A stretch of 64,000 nt of DNA from Holophagales bacterium UBA5066. Its GTDB lineage: Bacteria > Acidobacteriota > Thermoanaerobaculia > UBA5066. The notes under the pieces were generated by a model, which saw only the letters and a program-made list of their open reading frames with translations, was not told where the DNA came from and ran no database searches. The position numbers and the translations under genes were made by a program. The DNA lies in assembly GCA_002414905.1 (NCBI GenBank), contig DIAY01000107.1, forward strand, positions 11,009 through 75,008, read 5' to 3'. Shown one piece after another: positions 1 through 9,202 of the stretch. The number at the start of each line of letters is the position of its first letter. The first letter of the stretch is position 1.

Positions 1-1
1 C

Positions 2-805
2 CCGGCCCTGAAGTTTCACCGCGACGCCGACACGAGCGAGCTCCTCCTCTCGGGTGCGGGCCAGCTGCACGTCGAGATCGCCGTCGCCCGGATGAAGCGG
101 AAGTCGAACGTCGAGGTCATCCTCCACCCGCCGAAGGTCCCCTACCGCGAGACGATCACGAGGGCGGCCGAGGCCCACGGGCGCCACAAGAAGCAGACGG
201 GCGGTCACGGACAGTTCGCCGACTGCAAGATCCGGGTCAAGCCGCTTCCCCGAGGCTCCGACTTCGAATTCGTCGACGACATCTTCGGTGGCTCGATCCC
301 GAGGAACTACATCCCCGCCGTCGAGAAGGGCATCCAGGACACCCGCAAGAAGGGTTATCTCGCCGGCTACCCGATGGTCGACTTCCGCGTCGAGCTCTTC
401 GACGGTCAGTACCACGACGTCGACTCGTCGGAGATGGCGTTCAAGATCGCCGGCTCCCTCGCCTACAAGGACGCCATGGAGAAGGCGAAGCCGACGATTC
501 TCGAGCCGATCATGAAGGTCGGCGTCCGGGCGCCGCAGGAGTACATGGGCGACCTCATGGGCGACCTGACGAGCCGCCGCGGCCGCCCCTCGGGAATGGA
601 CCAGATCGGCGACGACGCGGTGGTCAAGGCCGAGGTCCCGCTCTCCGAGATGCTCACCTACTCCGCCGTCCTGCGCTCCCTCACCCAGGGGCGCGGCTCC
701 TTCACGATGGAGCACTCCCACTACGAGGAGCTGCCCCGCCCGCTGCAGGAGAAGCTCATCGCCGAGCGCGCCAAGCTCCGCAAGGCGGACGCCGAAGCCG
801 AGTAG
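2..805 (+). CDS. fusA: Elongation factor G family GTPase, C-terminal part (5' end outside window)
   Basis: The frame is open from the window edge to TAG 803-805. The translation shows EF-G domain IV/V-type sequence (FGGSIPRNYIPAVEKGIQD, SRRGRPSGMDQ, LRSLTQGRGSFTMEH). It could be an EF-G paralogue. Confidence 0.85.
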   Translation, partial: PALKFHRDADTSELLLSGAGQLHVEIAVARMKRKSNVEVILHPPKVPYRETITRAAEAHGRHKKQTGGHGQFADCKIRVKPLPRGSDFEFVDDIFGGSIPRNYIPAVEKGIQDTRKKGYLAGYPMVDFRVELFDGQYHDVDSSEMAFKIAGSLAYKDAMEKAKPTILEPIMKVGVRAPQEYMGDLMGDLTSRRGRPSGMDQIGDDAVVKAEVPLSEMLTYSAVLRSLTQGRGSFTMEHSHYEELPRPLQEKLIAERAKLRKADAEAE

Positions 806-831
806 CGCTCTCCCCCGCCTCCGGGGAACCC

Positions 832-867
832 GAAGGGGCCGCGAAAGCGGCCCCTTCTTCTTTCGTT
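832..867 (+). terminator. Rho-independent terminator after the EF-G gene
   Basis: Perfect 11-bp stem GAAGGGGCCGC / GCGGCCCCTTC with a GAAA loop (832-857), followed by TTCTTTCGTT. It begins 27 nt after the stop codon. Confidence 0.7.
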
Positions 868-1094
868 GTCACCCGGCGGTCCGGGTTTCCTCGCCGCGCG
901 GAAGGGGTACGGGGGAAACCTGGCGGCCCGGGTTTCCCCCACTCCACGCGAGCGAAGCGAGCTGCCTTGCCGCGCGGAAGGGGGTACGGGGGAAACCCGG
1001 CGGTCCGGGTTTCCTTCACTCTACGCGAGCGAAGCGAGCTGCCTTGCCGCGCGGAAGGGGGTACGGGGGAAACCCGGCGGTCCGGGTTTCCCCT
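868..1094. repeat. Tandem REP-like intergenic repeat array (77-bp period) with embedded hairpins
   Basis: There are two full 77-bp units (940-1016 and 1017-1093, 74/77 identical). They are preceded by a truncated unit (891-939) and a unit tail (868-890). Each unit ends in the hairpin GGGGAAACCCGG-CGGT-CCGGGTTTCC(CC). The array fills the whole gap between the convergent EF-G and lpxA genes. Confidence 0.9.
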
Positions 1095-1100
1095 GTCCAA

Positions 1101-1880
1101 TCACGCCCCGTGGATACCGGCCTTAGAGCCCGTGATGAAGTCGAGCAGGACCTGCACGTCCGGAGCCGACGCGGCAAGCTCTCCCAGCGCCGCGAGAGCG
1201 GCGGCGTGGTCGTGGCGGTTCCGGTAGAGGATCCGGTAAGCCTTCTGGAGGGAGGCGACGCGTTCGGCCGAGTAGCCTTTTCGGGAGAGACCGACTCCGT
1301 TGATCTTGTAGGCCTTCGTGTCCCGGTCGCTCGACGTCCAGGTAAAGGGGAGAACGTCCTTGTTCACCGGCGTCATTCCACCGACGTAGGAGAACCGTCC
1401 GACACGGCAGAACTGCCTCACGGCGACGAACCCGCCGAGGACGACGTCGTCCTCCACGACGACGTGCCCCGAAAGGGACGCCGAGTTCGCAAAGACCGTC
1501 CGGTTCCCGATGACGCAGTCGTGAGCGACGTGGGAGTAGGCCATGAAGAGGTTGTCGTCGCCGATGACGGTCTCTCCGTGTCCCGTCACGGTGCCGCGGT
1601 GGGCGGTCATGAACTCGCGAAAAACGTTCCGGCTCCCGACGATGAGCCGGGTCCGCTCTCCGGCGTACTTGAGGTCCTGGGGAGGCCCGCCCAGAGCGGC
1701 ATGCGGGTGGACGATGTTCCCCTCTCCGAGGACGGTCGGTCCGTCCACGAGGGCGTGAGCTCCGACGCGAGTCCCCGCCCCTATGACCACGGACTCGCCG
1801 ATGACGGCATACGGACCGATCTCGGCCTCGGGGTGAACCGACGCGGATTCGTGAACGATCGCTGTTGCGTGGATCGACAT
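1101..1880 (-). CDS. lpxA: Acyl-ACP--UDP-N-acetylglucosamine O-acyltransferase
   Basis: 259 aa. Left-handed beta-helix hexapeptide repeats from the N-terminus ([28 protein letters not shown]...) plus the LpxA-type C-terminal helical domain. It is the last gene of the classic lpxD-fabZ-lpxA order. Confidence 0.9.
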   Translation of the reverse strand: MSIHATAIVHESASVHPEAEIGPYAVIGESVVIGAGTRVGAHALVDGPTVLGEGNIVHPHAALGGPPQDLKYAGERTRLIVGSRNVFREFMTAHRGTVTGHGETVIGDDNLFMAYSHVAHDCVIGNRTVFANSASLSGHVVVEDDVVLGGFVAVRQFCRVGRFSYVGGMTPVNKDVLPFTWTSSDRDTKAYKINGVGLSRKGYSAERVASLQKAYRILYRNRHDHAAALAALGELAASAPDVQVLLDFITGSKAGIHGA

Positions 1881-2354
1881 TCAGCCTCGCTCCTCGGGTC
1901 CGCAATCCTGGACCAGGCTCAGGATCTCCGCCTCGGCGCAGAGGTGCCCGTCCACACGCGCCTCACCGCGGACCTTGACGATCGACCTCTTCGCCGCGAC
2001 GAACTCGACGGTAAAGAGGACCTGGTCTCCTGGAACGACCGGACGCCGGAACCTCACGGCGTCGAGGCCCGCCAGCCGGAGCTGCCTGCGGGACGGATCG
2101 TCGGTGCCGGCGATCAGCATGAAGGCCGCGACCTGGGCCATCGCCTCGATGAGGAGCACGCCCGGCATGACCGGATTCCCGGGGAAGTGCCCCTGGAAGA
2201 ACTCCTCGTTGAACGTCACGTTCTTCAGGCCGACGACCTTCTTCCCGGCTTCGACTTCCAGTATCCGGTCGACGAGGAGGAAGGGATACCTGTGCGGGAG
2301 AACCCGCAGGATGTCGCGAATCCCGAGTCCGGTTGCGCTAGGCTCCGAGCTCAT
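1881..2354 (-). CDS. fabZ: 3-hydroxyacyl-ACP dehydratase FabZ
   Basis: 157 aa, starting from the internal ATG at 2354 of the long 1881-3344 ORF. Signature [10 protein letters not shown]...[27 protein letters not shown] overlap with the lpxD stop. Confidence 0.92.
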   Translation of the reverse strand: MSSEPSATGLGIRDILRVLPHRYPFLLVDRILEVEAGKKVVGLKNVTFNEEFFQGHFPGNPVMPGVLLIEAMAQVAAFMLIAGTDDPSRRQLRLAGLDAVRFRRPVVPGDQVLFTVEFVAAKRSIVKVRGEARVDGHLCAEAEILSLVQDCGPEERG

Positions 2355-3391
2355 CCCTTCACCTCGTCTCCCTTGGCCGCCTTCGCCAGCTCGCGGACGA
2401 CCCTGGCCGTCTCGGGAAGGCGTTTGAGCTCCGCTTGCACGCGGAGGGCATCCCTGTAGGGCAGGTGGGGCCTGCCGGAGATCGACGCACCGTCGGGGAC
2501 GTCGGAGCTGATGCCCGTCTGGCCCCCGGCCTTCACTCCCTTGCCGATGCGCAGGTGGCCGCCGACTCCGACCTGACCACCGAGGACCGTCTGGTCCCCG
2601 ACCGTCGTCGAGCCCGCAAGGCCGGTCTGCCCGCAGAGGACGACGTGCCGGCCGACATCGCAGTTGTGACCGATCATGACGAGGTCGTCGACCTTGGTTC
2701 CATTTCCGACCCGGGTCAGCTCCAGCGTAGCCCGGTCGATACAGCTGTTCGCGCCGATCTCGGCGTCGGAGCCGATCTCGACTCCGCCGACCTGCGGGAC
2801 CTTTCGCAGCCCTGCCGGGCCCGGGGCGTATCCGAAGCCGTCCGCGCCGAGAACGGCGCCCGAGTGAACCTCCGTCCGGGCCCCCACGTTGACGCCGTCG
2901 TAGAGGACGACGTGCGGGTGAAGCCATGCGCCAGCGGCGATCCGGCAGCGCCGGCCGACGACGACGTGCGCCTCGAGGATCGCTCCGTCCGCCACCTCGG
3001 AACCTTCGCCGACGACCGCGTACGGGCCGATTTCGGCTCCGGGCGCCACGCGTGCCCCCGCCTCCACGATCGCCGTCGGATGGAGGCCAGGCCGCGCCAT
3101 CCGCTGCGGAAAAACACTCGCCAGAACGGCGGCCAGCGCCGCGGAGGGGTCGGAGACCTCGATGACGGTCCGGCCCGGAAACCTGCCGGCCGATCTCGCG
3201 AGAAGCACACCGGCTGACGACACCGAGGCCGCGGCTTCGGCCCTGGCGTCGACGGCGAAGGCCAGGTCGTGAGGTCCCGCGTTCTCGAGCGACCTCACGC
3301 CCTCGACGACCAGAGACCCATCTCCGACGACCCGTCCCCCGCATGCGGCGGCCAGGACGGAGGTGGTCGCCGCTGCGGGAAGCTCGGCCAT
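2351..3391 (-). CDS. lpxD: UDP-3-O-acylglucosamine N-acyltransferase
   Basis: 346 aa. An N-terminal LpxD domain is followed by a long hexapeptide-repeat region ([25 protein letters not shown]..., [27 protein letters not shown]) and a C-terminal helix. Confidence 0.9.
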   Translation of the reverse strand: MAELPAAATTSVLAAACGGRVVGDGSLVVEGVRSLENAGPHDLAFAVDARAEAAASVSSAGVLLARSAGRFPGRTVIEVSDPSAALAAVLASVFPQRMARPGLHPTAIVEAGARVAPGAEIGPYAVVGEGSEVADGAILEAHVVVGRRCRIAAGAWLHPHVVLYDGVNVGARTEVHSGAVLGADGFGYAPGPAGLRKVPQVGGVEIGSDAEIGANSCIDRATLELTRVGNGTKVDDLVMIGHNCDVGRHVVLCGQTGLAGSTTVGDQTVLGGQVGVGGHLRIGKGVKAGGQTGISSDVPDGASISGRPHLPYRDALRVQAELKRLPETARVVRELAKAAKGDEVKG

Positions 3392-3398
3392 CCGCCTC

Positions 3399-3980
3399 TT
3401 ACTTCTTCGGGGCTACCGCCGGGGCCGCTGCCGGGGCCGGCTTCGCGTCGGTCTTCGGGGCTGCGGCGATGGCGGTGTTGAACTTCTGGATCACCGCATC
3501 CGTGATGTCCACTCCCGGGTCCGCGTGAAGCAGGCCGCTCTGGAACTTGTTGAACACGAGCGTGTAGCCGAGCTCCTTCGAGACCGCTTCGATGACCGGC
3601 AGGACCCTGCGTTCGAGCTCGCCCAGCTCCTTGCGCTGGAGCTCCTCGAGCTCACGCTGTGCATCGTCCTGGAAGCGCTTGAGATCCAGAGCCTTGGCCT
3701 GGTAGTCCTTCTGCGTCTTCTCCATGGCCTCTTCGGAAAGAGATTTGCCCTGTTCCTGGATCTTCTTCTCCAGGTCCCGCAGTTCGTTCTGGCGCTTGAC
3801 CAGGTCTTCCTGCTTGGCCGCCTGGATCTTCTGGATCCTCGCGAGGCTCTCCTTGCCGACTGCGGACTCCTGGACGATGCGCTGGACTTCGATCACGCCC
3901 ACCTTCTGGGCCGAGGCAGGGAGGGCGAGCAGAGCGGCTGCAGCAACCGCACCCGCGACGATCAACCGGTTCCCGATCAT
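3399..3980 (-). CDS. skp: Periplasmic chaperone Skp/OmpH family
   Basis: 193 aa. Signal peptide (LLALPASA-QK), a long coiled-coil rich in K/E/Q, position between bamA and lpxD, and an AAGGAG SD 8 nt before the ATG. Confidence 0.85.
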   Translation of the reverse strand: MIGNRLIVAGAVAAAALLALPASAQKVGVIEVQRIVQESAVGKESLARIQKIQAAKQEDLVKRQNELRDLEKKIQEQGKSLSEEAMEKTQKDYQAKALDLKRFQDDAQRELEELQRKELGELERRVLPVIEAVSKELGYTLVFNKFQSGLLHADPGVDITDAVIQKFNTAIAAAPKTDAKPAPAAAPAVAPKK

Positions 3981-4036
3981 CTACGTGACTCCTTCTTCAT
4001 GTGTGGCGCTGCCGGAGACCTTCCGGCGGGCGCGCG

Positions 4037-4042
4037 ATTCTA
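4037..4042 (-). promoter_or_regulatory. Putative -10 box TAGAAT (internal promoter for skp-lpxD-fabZ-lpxA)
   Basis: TAGAAT on the minus strand lies in the 110-bp bamA-skp gap, about 57 nt upstream of the skp ATG. The leader contains an AAGGAG SD. No convincing -35. Confidence 0.35.
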
Positions 4043-4090
4043 CTGTACGAGCCTGTCCGGTGGGTGTCCAGCCGGGTTCGGGGGCGCCCA

Positions 4091-6685
4091 TCAGAATGTC
4101 GTTCCAATCGAGAACTGGAAATCGCTGCTCTTCTCCTGGAGAAGCGGGGTCCCGTTCTGCCCTTTGATGACCTTCGGATCCAGGTTGATGCCATAGATGA
4201 AGCGCAGTGGCGCCTGGAAGATCGGCAGGAACATGCGAAGTTCCGCGCCGGCCGAGGCACGCATCTTGAGCGGGTTCAGGGACTGGCCCTCGAGCCAGGC
4301 GTTGCCGGCGTCGAAGAAGAGAACGAGCTTCAGCGGCCCGGCGACGTAGTAGACCGCCTCCAGGTTGACGACGAGGTACTTGTCCCCTCCGAGAAGCGCT
4401 CCCTGGTCGTTGAAGAACGCCTGGTCGTTGTCGTCGAGCGGATAGATGCTCCCGTACTGGAAGGCGCGGACGGAACGGTCGCCACCGATCCGGAAGCGCT
4501 CGAAGATCGGGATGGTCTTCCCGTCGTAGGGACGAACGAGCCCGCCTTCCACATTCACAGCCAGGTGCGACTTGCGGTTGACGTTGTAGTAGATGGTCGC
4601 GTTCCCGACCGGCTTCACGTAGGAGAAGTCGCCCCCCAGGGGTCCGCCCGCGACCATCAGCGAAAGGCCGAACCGCCGGCCGCGCGTCGGATCGAACGGG
4701 TCGTTCCGGCTGTCGTACCGGTATCCCGGAGCCACGGCTGAGGTCCGCCCGACGTAGTCGGCGAACGCGGAGGGGGGATAGCCTGCGCCCGGCGGCGGCG
4801 GCGGCGGAAAGACCTCGTACCGGCTCTTCATGTCGGTGTAGCTGTAGAAGAAGGAGAGTCCGTCGAAGAGACCGAGCCCGAGGCCGATCGACGCATTGAG
4901 GCCCTTGGACTCCTGGTCGACGTCCGCGTACTTGAGGGACCGGTTGAAGATGGACCCACCGATCGACATCCGCTTGTCGAGGAACCACGGCTCGACGAAC
5001 GACAGGTCGAAGTAGTTCGAGTACCCACCACGCTGGAACTGGACGCCGATCGTGTCGCCACGGCCGAGGAAGTTTCGCGTGGAGAACTGGAACTGCCCGA
5101 AAATCCCGTCGAGCTGCGAGTAGCCGGCTCCGAACTGGATCTCGTTCCTGTTCGTGTCGGTGCCCTTGATCGTGACGTCGACGGCCTTTTTCTCGGCATC
5201 CACCCGGAACTCCGGGTCTTCCTCGATCTTGAAGTAGCCGAGCTGGGTGATCTTGAAGAGCCCCTTCTTGAACGATTCCATGTCGAGGACGTCGCCCTCG
5301 AAGAGCTGGAGCTCCCGCCGCAGGACCTTGTCTTTCGTCGTCTTGTTCCCGGTGAACTCGACGCGCCCGACCCGGAACTGGTCACCCTCGGTCACACGGA
5401 TCGTGACGTCGACGAGATTCCCCTTCCCCGGCCGTTCGACGTACTCGGGGTTCATGAAGGCGTAGATGTAGCCCCGGCCCCGGTAGATCTCGTCGAGCGT
5501 CTTCATGCCGTCCACCAGAGCGGCACGGTTCAGCGGTTTGCCCGGCTCCCAGGAGAAGAACCTCAGGAGACGCTCCGGCGGGAAGACGGTCGTGCCGTCG
5601 ATCTTCAGATCGCCGAAGTAGTACCGCTCCCCCTCGACGAGCGGGATCTGGATCCTCGCGCGCCGTTTGACCTTCTCCGGGCGCGTTTCTCCCGGGTTGA
5701 CGACGAAAGTCTCGATGACCGGGTCCTTGACGACGATGTCCTTGTAGCCCGCGTTCTGGTAGACCTTCTTGATCGACTCGATGTCTTCCTCGTAGCTCGT
5801 CTGGTTGTAGACGTCCTTCGAGTCCCAGAACTGGTAGAAGTTCGATTCCCGGGTCTTCTTCATCGCGCGGGAGAGGCGGCTCTCCGAGATGACGGTGTTC
5901 CCGGCGAAGTCGATCGACTGGATCTTGATCTTGTCGCCCTCGTCGACGAGGAAGACGACGCGGCGGCCGTTCTCGCCCATCGGCTCGATGGCCGTATCGA
6001 CGACCGCCGAGCGGAACCCCTCGGAGCGGTAGGCTTCGATCAGGACGGCCTTCCCCTTCGCGACGTCGCGCAGGGAGACGGGCGCGCCGACCCGGATCTC
6101 GACCTTCCCCTCCTTGAGCTTGTCCTTGAGCTGGGAGGTCGTCAGCTTCTTGTTCCCGCGGAACTCCAGGTCCGCGACCCGCGGCCTTTCCACGACGACG
6201 GCGACGAGCCGGACCCCTCCGGCGGCCACCTCCCTTTCGAGGCTGATGTCCTCGAAGAGGCCCGAATCCCAGAGCTTCTCGAACATGCGACGGAGCTGCC
6301 CGGCGTCGTAGGGATCGCCGACCTTCACGCCGAGGTAGAAGCCGATGGTCTCGACCGTAACGGTCTTACCACCACGGACGACGATCTCGACGATGGGCTC
6401 GGAAGCGCTCGGTGCGGTCGTGCTCAGGGCGGAAGCCAGGGGGAGAGAGCCGGCCAGGGGGGAGGCCGACGGTGCGAGCCCTCCCGGTCTCAGGTCGAGA
6501 GTGGCGGGTGGGGGCGTGGGCGCCGGCGCCGGGGGAGGTTCCGTCTGGGCCGGGGCCGTCCCCGGGCAGACGAGCAGGAAGCCCAGCGCCAGAACGGCGG
6601 GGCGAAGGTGACGGGACGACGGCCGGTAGGAGGGCGACGCCAGACCCGGGCGGGCCGGCGCCGCCGGAGCGTGATTCTCCGTCAC
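4091..6685 (-). CDS. bamA: Outer membrane protein assembly factor BamA
   Basis: POTRA-type repeats are followed by a C-terminal beta-barrel ending ...DFQFSIGTTF. There is a signal peptide (LALGFLLVCPGTAPAQ) and then a Pro/Ala-rich linker. The preferred start is GTG 6685, forming GTGA with the clpC stop. The longest ORF (to 6769) would overlap clpC by 88 nt. Confidence 0.9.
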   Translation of the reverse strand: MTENHAPAAPARPGLASPSYRPSSRHLRPAVLALGFLLVCPGTAPAQTEPPPAPAPTPPPATLDLRPGGLAPSASPLAGSLPLASALSTTAPSASEPIVEIVVRGGKTVTVETIGFYLGVKVGDPYDAGQLRRMFEKLWDSGLFEDISLEREVAAGGVRLVAVVVERPRVADLEFRGNKKLTTSQLKDKLKEGKVEIRVGAPVSLRDVAKGKAVLIEAYRSEGFRSAVVDTAIEPMGENGRRVVFLVDEGDKIKIQSIDFAGNTVISESRLSRAMKKTRESNFYQFWDSKDVYNQTSYEEDIESIKKVYQNAGYKDIVVKDPVIETFVVNPGETRPEKVKRRARIQIPLVEGERYYFGDLKIDGTTVFPPERLLRFFSWEPGKPLNRAALVDGMKTLDEIYRGRGYIYAFMNPEYVERPGKGNLVDVTIRVTEGDQFRVGRVEFTGNKTTKDKVLRRELQLFEGDVLDMESFKKGLFKITQLGYFKIEEDPEFRVDAEKKAVDVTIKGTDTNRNEIQFGAGYSQLDGIFGQFQFSTRNFLGRGDTIGVQFQRGGYSNYFDLSFVEPWFLDKRMSIGGSIFNRSLKYADVDQESKGLNASIGLGLGLFDGLSFFYSYTDMKSRYEVFPPPPPPGAGYPPSAFADYVGRTSAVAPGYRYDSRNDPFDPTRGRRFGLSLMVAGGPLGGDFSYVKPVGNATIYYNVNRKSHLAVNVEGGLVRPYDGKTIPIFERFRIGGDRSVRAFQYGSIYPLDDNDQAFFNDQGALLGGDKYLVVNLEAVYYVAGPLKLVLFFDAGNAWLEGQSLNPLKMRASAGAELRMFLPIFQAPLRFIYGINLDPKVIKGQNGTPLLQEKSSDFQFSIGTTF

Positions 6686-9117
6686 GGGCCTTGCCGCCCG
6701 GGCCCAACCGCAGCGGGCGAGCGGACGAGAACCTTCAGGTCGTTGTCGATCACTGTCACTTCGAGGCACTCAAGCTGCTCCCGGGCGCCGATAAGCAATT
6801 CGGATACCGCATCCTCCACGTGTCGCTGGATCGTTCGGCGGAGCGGGCGCGCTCCCGAGTGGGCATCCTGCCCCGACATCGAAAGGAGCCAGTCCACGGC
6901 CATCTGGTCGGCCACGAGCTCGAGACCACGATGCTTCAGGGTCTCCGCGACGTCGTCGAGCAGGAGGCGGCAGATCGCCCTGAGGTTCTCGGTCGAGAGC
7001 GGGTTGAAGACGATGACCTCGTCGATCCGGTTCGTGAACTCGGGCGAGAACTCGCGCCGGAGCTCCTTCAGCACCATCTCCTCCACCTCGCGCGCCGCCG
7101 GGGCGTTCTTTCCGTCCCCGAAGCCCACTCGCGACTGGTTGACGAGGAATTTCGTCCCGATGTTCGACGTCATGATGATGAGCGTGTTCTTGAAGTCGAC
7201 CGTGTTGCCGTAGGCATCCGTGAGCTGGCCGTCCTCCAGGATCTGCAGGAGGAGGTTCGCGATGTCGGGGTGGGCTTTCTCGATCTCGTCGAGGAGGATG
7301 ACCGAGTAGGGCTGCCTGCGGATCCTCTCCGTGAGCTGTCCGCCTTCCTCGTGACCGACGTAGCCCGGCGGGGAGCCGATGAGCTTGGAGACCGCGTGCT
7401 TCTCCATGTACTCCGACATGTCGAAACGGACCAGCGACTTCTGGTTGTCGAACAGGAACTCCGCGATGCGCCGGGCGACCTCGGTCTTCCCGACGCCCGA
7501 CGGTCCGAGGAAGATGAAGGATCCCATCGGGCGGTTCGGGTTCTTCACGCCCAGGCGGGAGCGGCGGATCGCCCTGGAGATGGCATCGACGGCCCGGTCC
7601 TGTCCGATGACGCGCTTCTTGAGCGTTCCTTCCATGTTGAGGAGCTTCTCGGCTTCCTCGACCTGGATCGACGTGACCGGGATGCCCGTCCAGCTCGCGA
7701 TGATCTCCTCGATATCCCCCCGCACGACCTCGACCCAGGCGCTCTCGTCGACCTGCGCGCTGCGGGTCCGCTCGATCTCCTCCTTGATCTCGACCTCGCG
7801 CTCGCGGAGCGAGACCGCGAGCTCGAAGTCCTTTTCGGAGATCGCCTTCTTCATCTCTTTGACGATCTGACGGGCCTCGCTCTCGAGGCGGCGCAGATTC
7901 TGTGTGTCCGCCGTCAGCCGGAGCTTGACCTTGGCACCCGCCTCGTCGAGGAGGTCGATCGCCTTGTCGGGGAAGAAACGGTCGGGAACGTACCGGCTCG
8001 ACTGGTAGACCGCGGCCTTCACGGCATCGGGCGAGTAGCGGACCCGGTGGAACCTCTCGTAACGCTCGCGGATCCCCTCGAGGATCTCCAGGGTCTCCGC
8101 CTCGTCCGGCGGGTTCACGGTAACCGCCTGGAAGCGTCGCAGGAGCGAGCGGTCCTTCTCGATGTACTTGCGGTACTCCTTCATCGTCGTGGCGCCGATG
8201 CAGGCGACCTCACCCCGCGAGAGCGCCGGCTTGAGGATGTTCGCGGCGTCGAGCGACCCCTCGGCCGAGCCGGCCCCGATGAGGGAGTGGATCTCGTCGA
8301 TGAAGATGATGAGGTCCTGGTTCTCCCGCAGCTCCTTCAGGATTCCCTTGAGGCGCTCCTCGAACTGCCCGCGGTATTTCGTACCGGCCACGATCAGCGA
8401 GAGGTCCATCGCGAGGATCTTCTTGTTCGCCAGGAACAGCGGGACCGCCCCCTCGATTATCCTCTGGGCGAGCCCTTCCACGATGGCCGTCTTCCCGACC
8501 CCGGGCTCGCCGAGGAGGATCGGGTTGTTCTTCGTCCGGCGCGAGAGGATCTGGATGATCCGCTCGACTTCCTTGTCACGCCCGATGAGCGGGTCGAACG
8601 TCCCCTGCGTGGCGAGGGCCGTCAGGTCCCTCGCGTACTCGGCCAGGAACGGGAGCTCCTTCTTCTGCTTGGAGGCCTCGCGTTCCTTGATGAGGGCGAT
8701 CGCCTCTTCCCGGACGCCGTAGAGGTTGAAGCCGTGCCCCGCCAGCAGGCGGGATGCGACGCACGGGTCGACGCGGAGGATGCCGATGAGGAGGTGCTCC
8801 GTCCCGACGTAGGGGTGCATCATCGATTCCGCCTCGTGCGAGGCGTAGGCGAGGATCTTCTTCGACTCCTCCGAAAGAGGGAGCTCCTGGGACGACGACA
8901 GGCGTTCCACGAAGACCCGGTCCCCCTCGATCTCGCGGCGGACGTCATCCGGCTTCACGTTGAAGCGGGAGAAGATCTCGCGCGTCACGTCCTCCCCCTC
9001 TCGCAGAATGCCGAGGAGGATGTGCTCGGACTCGATGACCTTCGAGCCCAGCTTCGAGGCTTCGTACCGGGCGAAAAAGAGGGCGCGGCGGGCTTTTTCG
9101 TTGTACTTTTCGAACAT
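6682..9117 (-). CDS. clpC: ATP-dependent Clp protease ATP-binding subunit (ClpC-type class I AAA+ unfoldase)
   Basis: 811 aa. Duplicated Clp_N motif (SEHILLGILREGE / TEHLLIGILR), two Walker A boxes (GEPGVGKTAIVEGLA, GPSGVGKTEVARRIA), and a short UVR-like linker between the AAA modules. Confidence 0.9.
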   Translation of the reverse strand: MFEKYNEKARRALFFARYEASKLGSKVIESEHILLGILREGEDVTREIFSRFNVKPDDVRREIEGDRVFVERLSSSQELPLSEESKKILAYASHEAESMMHPYVGTEHLLIGILRVDPCVASRLLAGHGFNLYGVREEAIALIKEREASKQKKELPFLAEYARDLTALATQGTFDPLIGRDKEVERIIQILSRRTKNNPILLGEPGVGKTAIVEGLAQRIIEGAVPLFLANKKILAMDLSLIVAGTKYRGQFEERLKGILKELRENQDLIIFIDEIHSLIGAGSAEGSLDAANILKPALSRGEVACIGATTMKEYRKYIEKDRSLLRRFQAVTVNPPDEAETLEILEGIRERYERFHRVRYSPDAVKAAVYQSSRYVPDRFFPDKAIDLLDEAGAKVKLRLTADTQNLRRLESEARQIVKEMKKAISEKDFELAVSLREREVEIKEEIERTRSAQVDESAWVEVVRGDIEEIIASWTGIPVTSIQVEEAEKLLNMEGTLKKRVIGQDRAVDAISRAIRRSRLGVKNPNRPMGSFIFLGPSGVGKTEVARRIAEFLFDNQKSLVRFDMSEYMEKHAVSKLIGSPPGYVGHEEGGQLTERIRRQPYSVILLDEIEKAHPDIANLLLQILEDGQLTDAYGNTVDFKNTLIIMTSNIGTKFLVNQSRVGFGDGKNAPAAREVEEMVLKELRREFSPEFTNRIDEVIVFNPLSTENLRAICRLLLDDVAETLKHRGLELVADQMAVDWLLSMSGQDAHSGARPLRRTIQRHVEDAVSELLIGAREQLECLEVTVIDNDLKVLVRSPAAVGPGRQGP

Positions 9118-9173
9118 GGCTCAACCTCGACGGAGGCCGCTTGGGAAGCGGACTTCGACCGTCTCCGGATCCT

Positions 9174-9189
9174 AGCATACGGGGTGCCA
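9174..9189 (-). promoter_or_regulatory. Candidate sigma-54 (-24/-12) promoter upstream of clpC
   Basis: The minus strand reads TGGCAC-CCCGT-ATGCT. The -24 TGGCAC is perfect and GG-to-GC spacing is canonical. The -12 element is ATGC versus consensus TTGC. It lies about 57-72 nt upstream of the clpC ATG, in the 85-bp lolD-clpC gap. Confidence 0.4.
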
Positions 9190-9202
9190 GCCCCCGGGCC
9201 GC

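Noticed and set aside
868-1094. Possible CRISPR array, or a protein with repeated peptide units (ORFs 866-1126 and 967-1227).
   Set aside because: The repeats are directly tandem with a 77-bp period and no unique spacers. No cas genes are nearby. The repeated 'peptides' are simply the translated DNA repeat.
1881-3344. N-terminal extensions of longest-ORF models: 1881-3344, 15239-16381, 19074-20645, 20362-21534, 21491-22951, 24789-27320, 28178-29842, 31290-32612, 32596-33477, 34223-35602, 35536-38088, 47585-48469, 51412-55878, 55406-57220, 57284-60607, 60816-62018, 62212-63768.
   Set aside because: The extensions overlap neighbouring genes or are Arg/Pro-rich non-protein-like sequence. Family-typical N-termini, signal peptides, SD sequences or -10 boxes identify internal starts.
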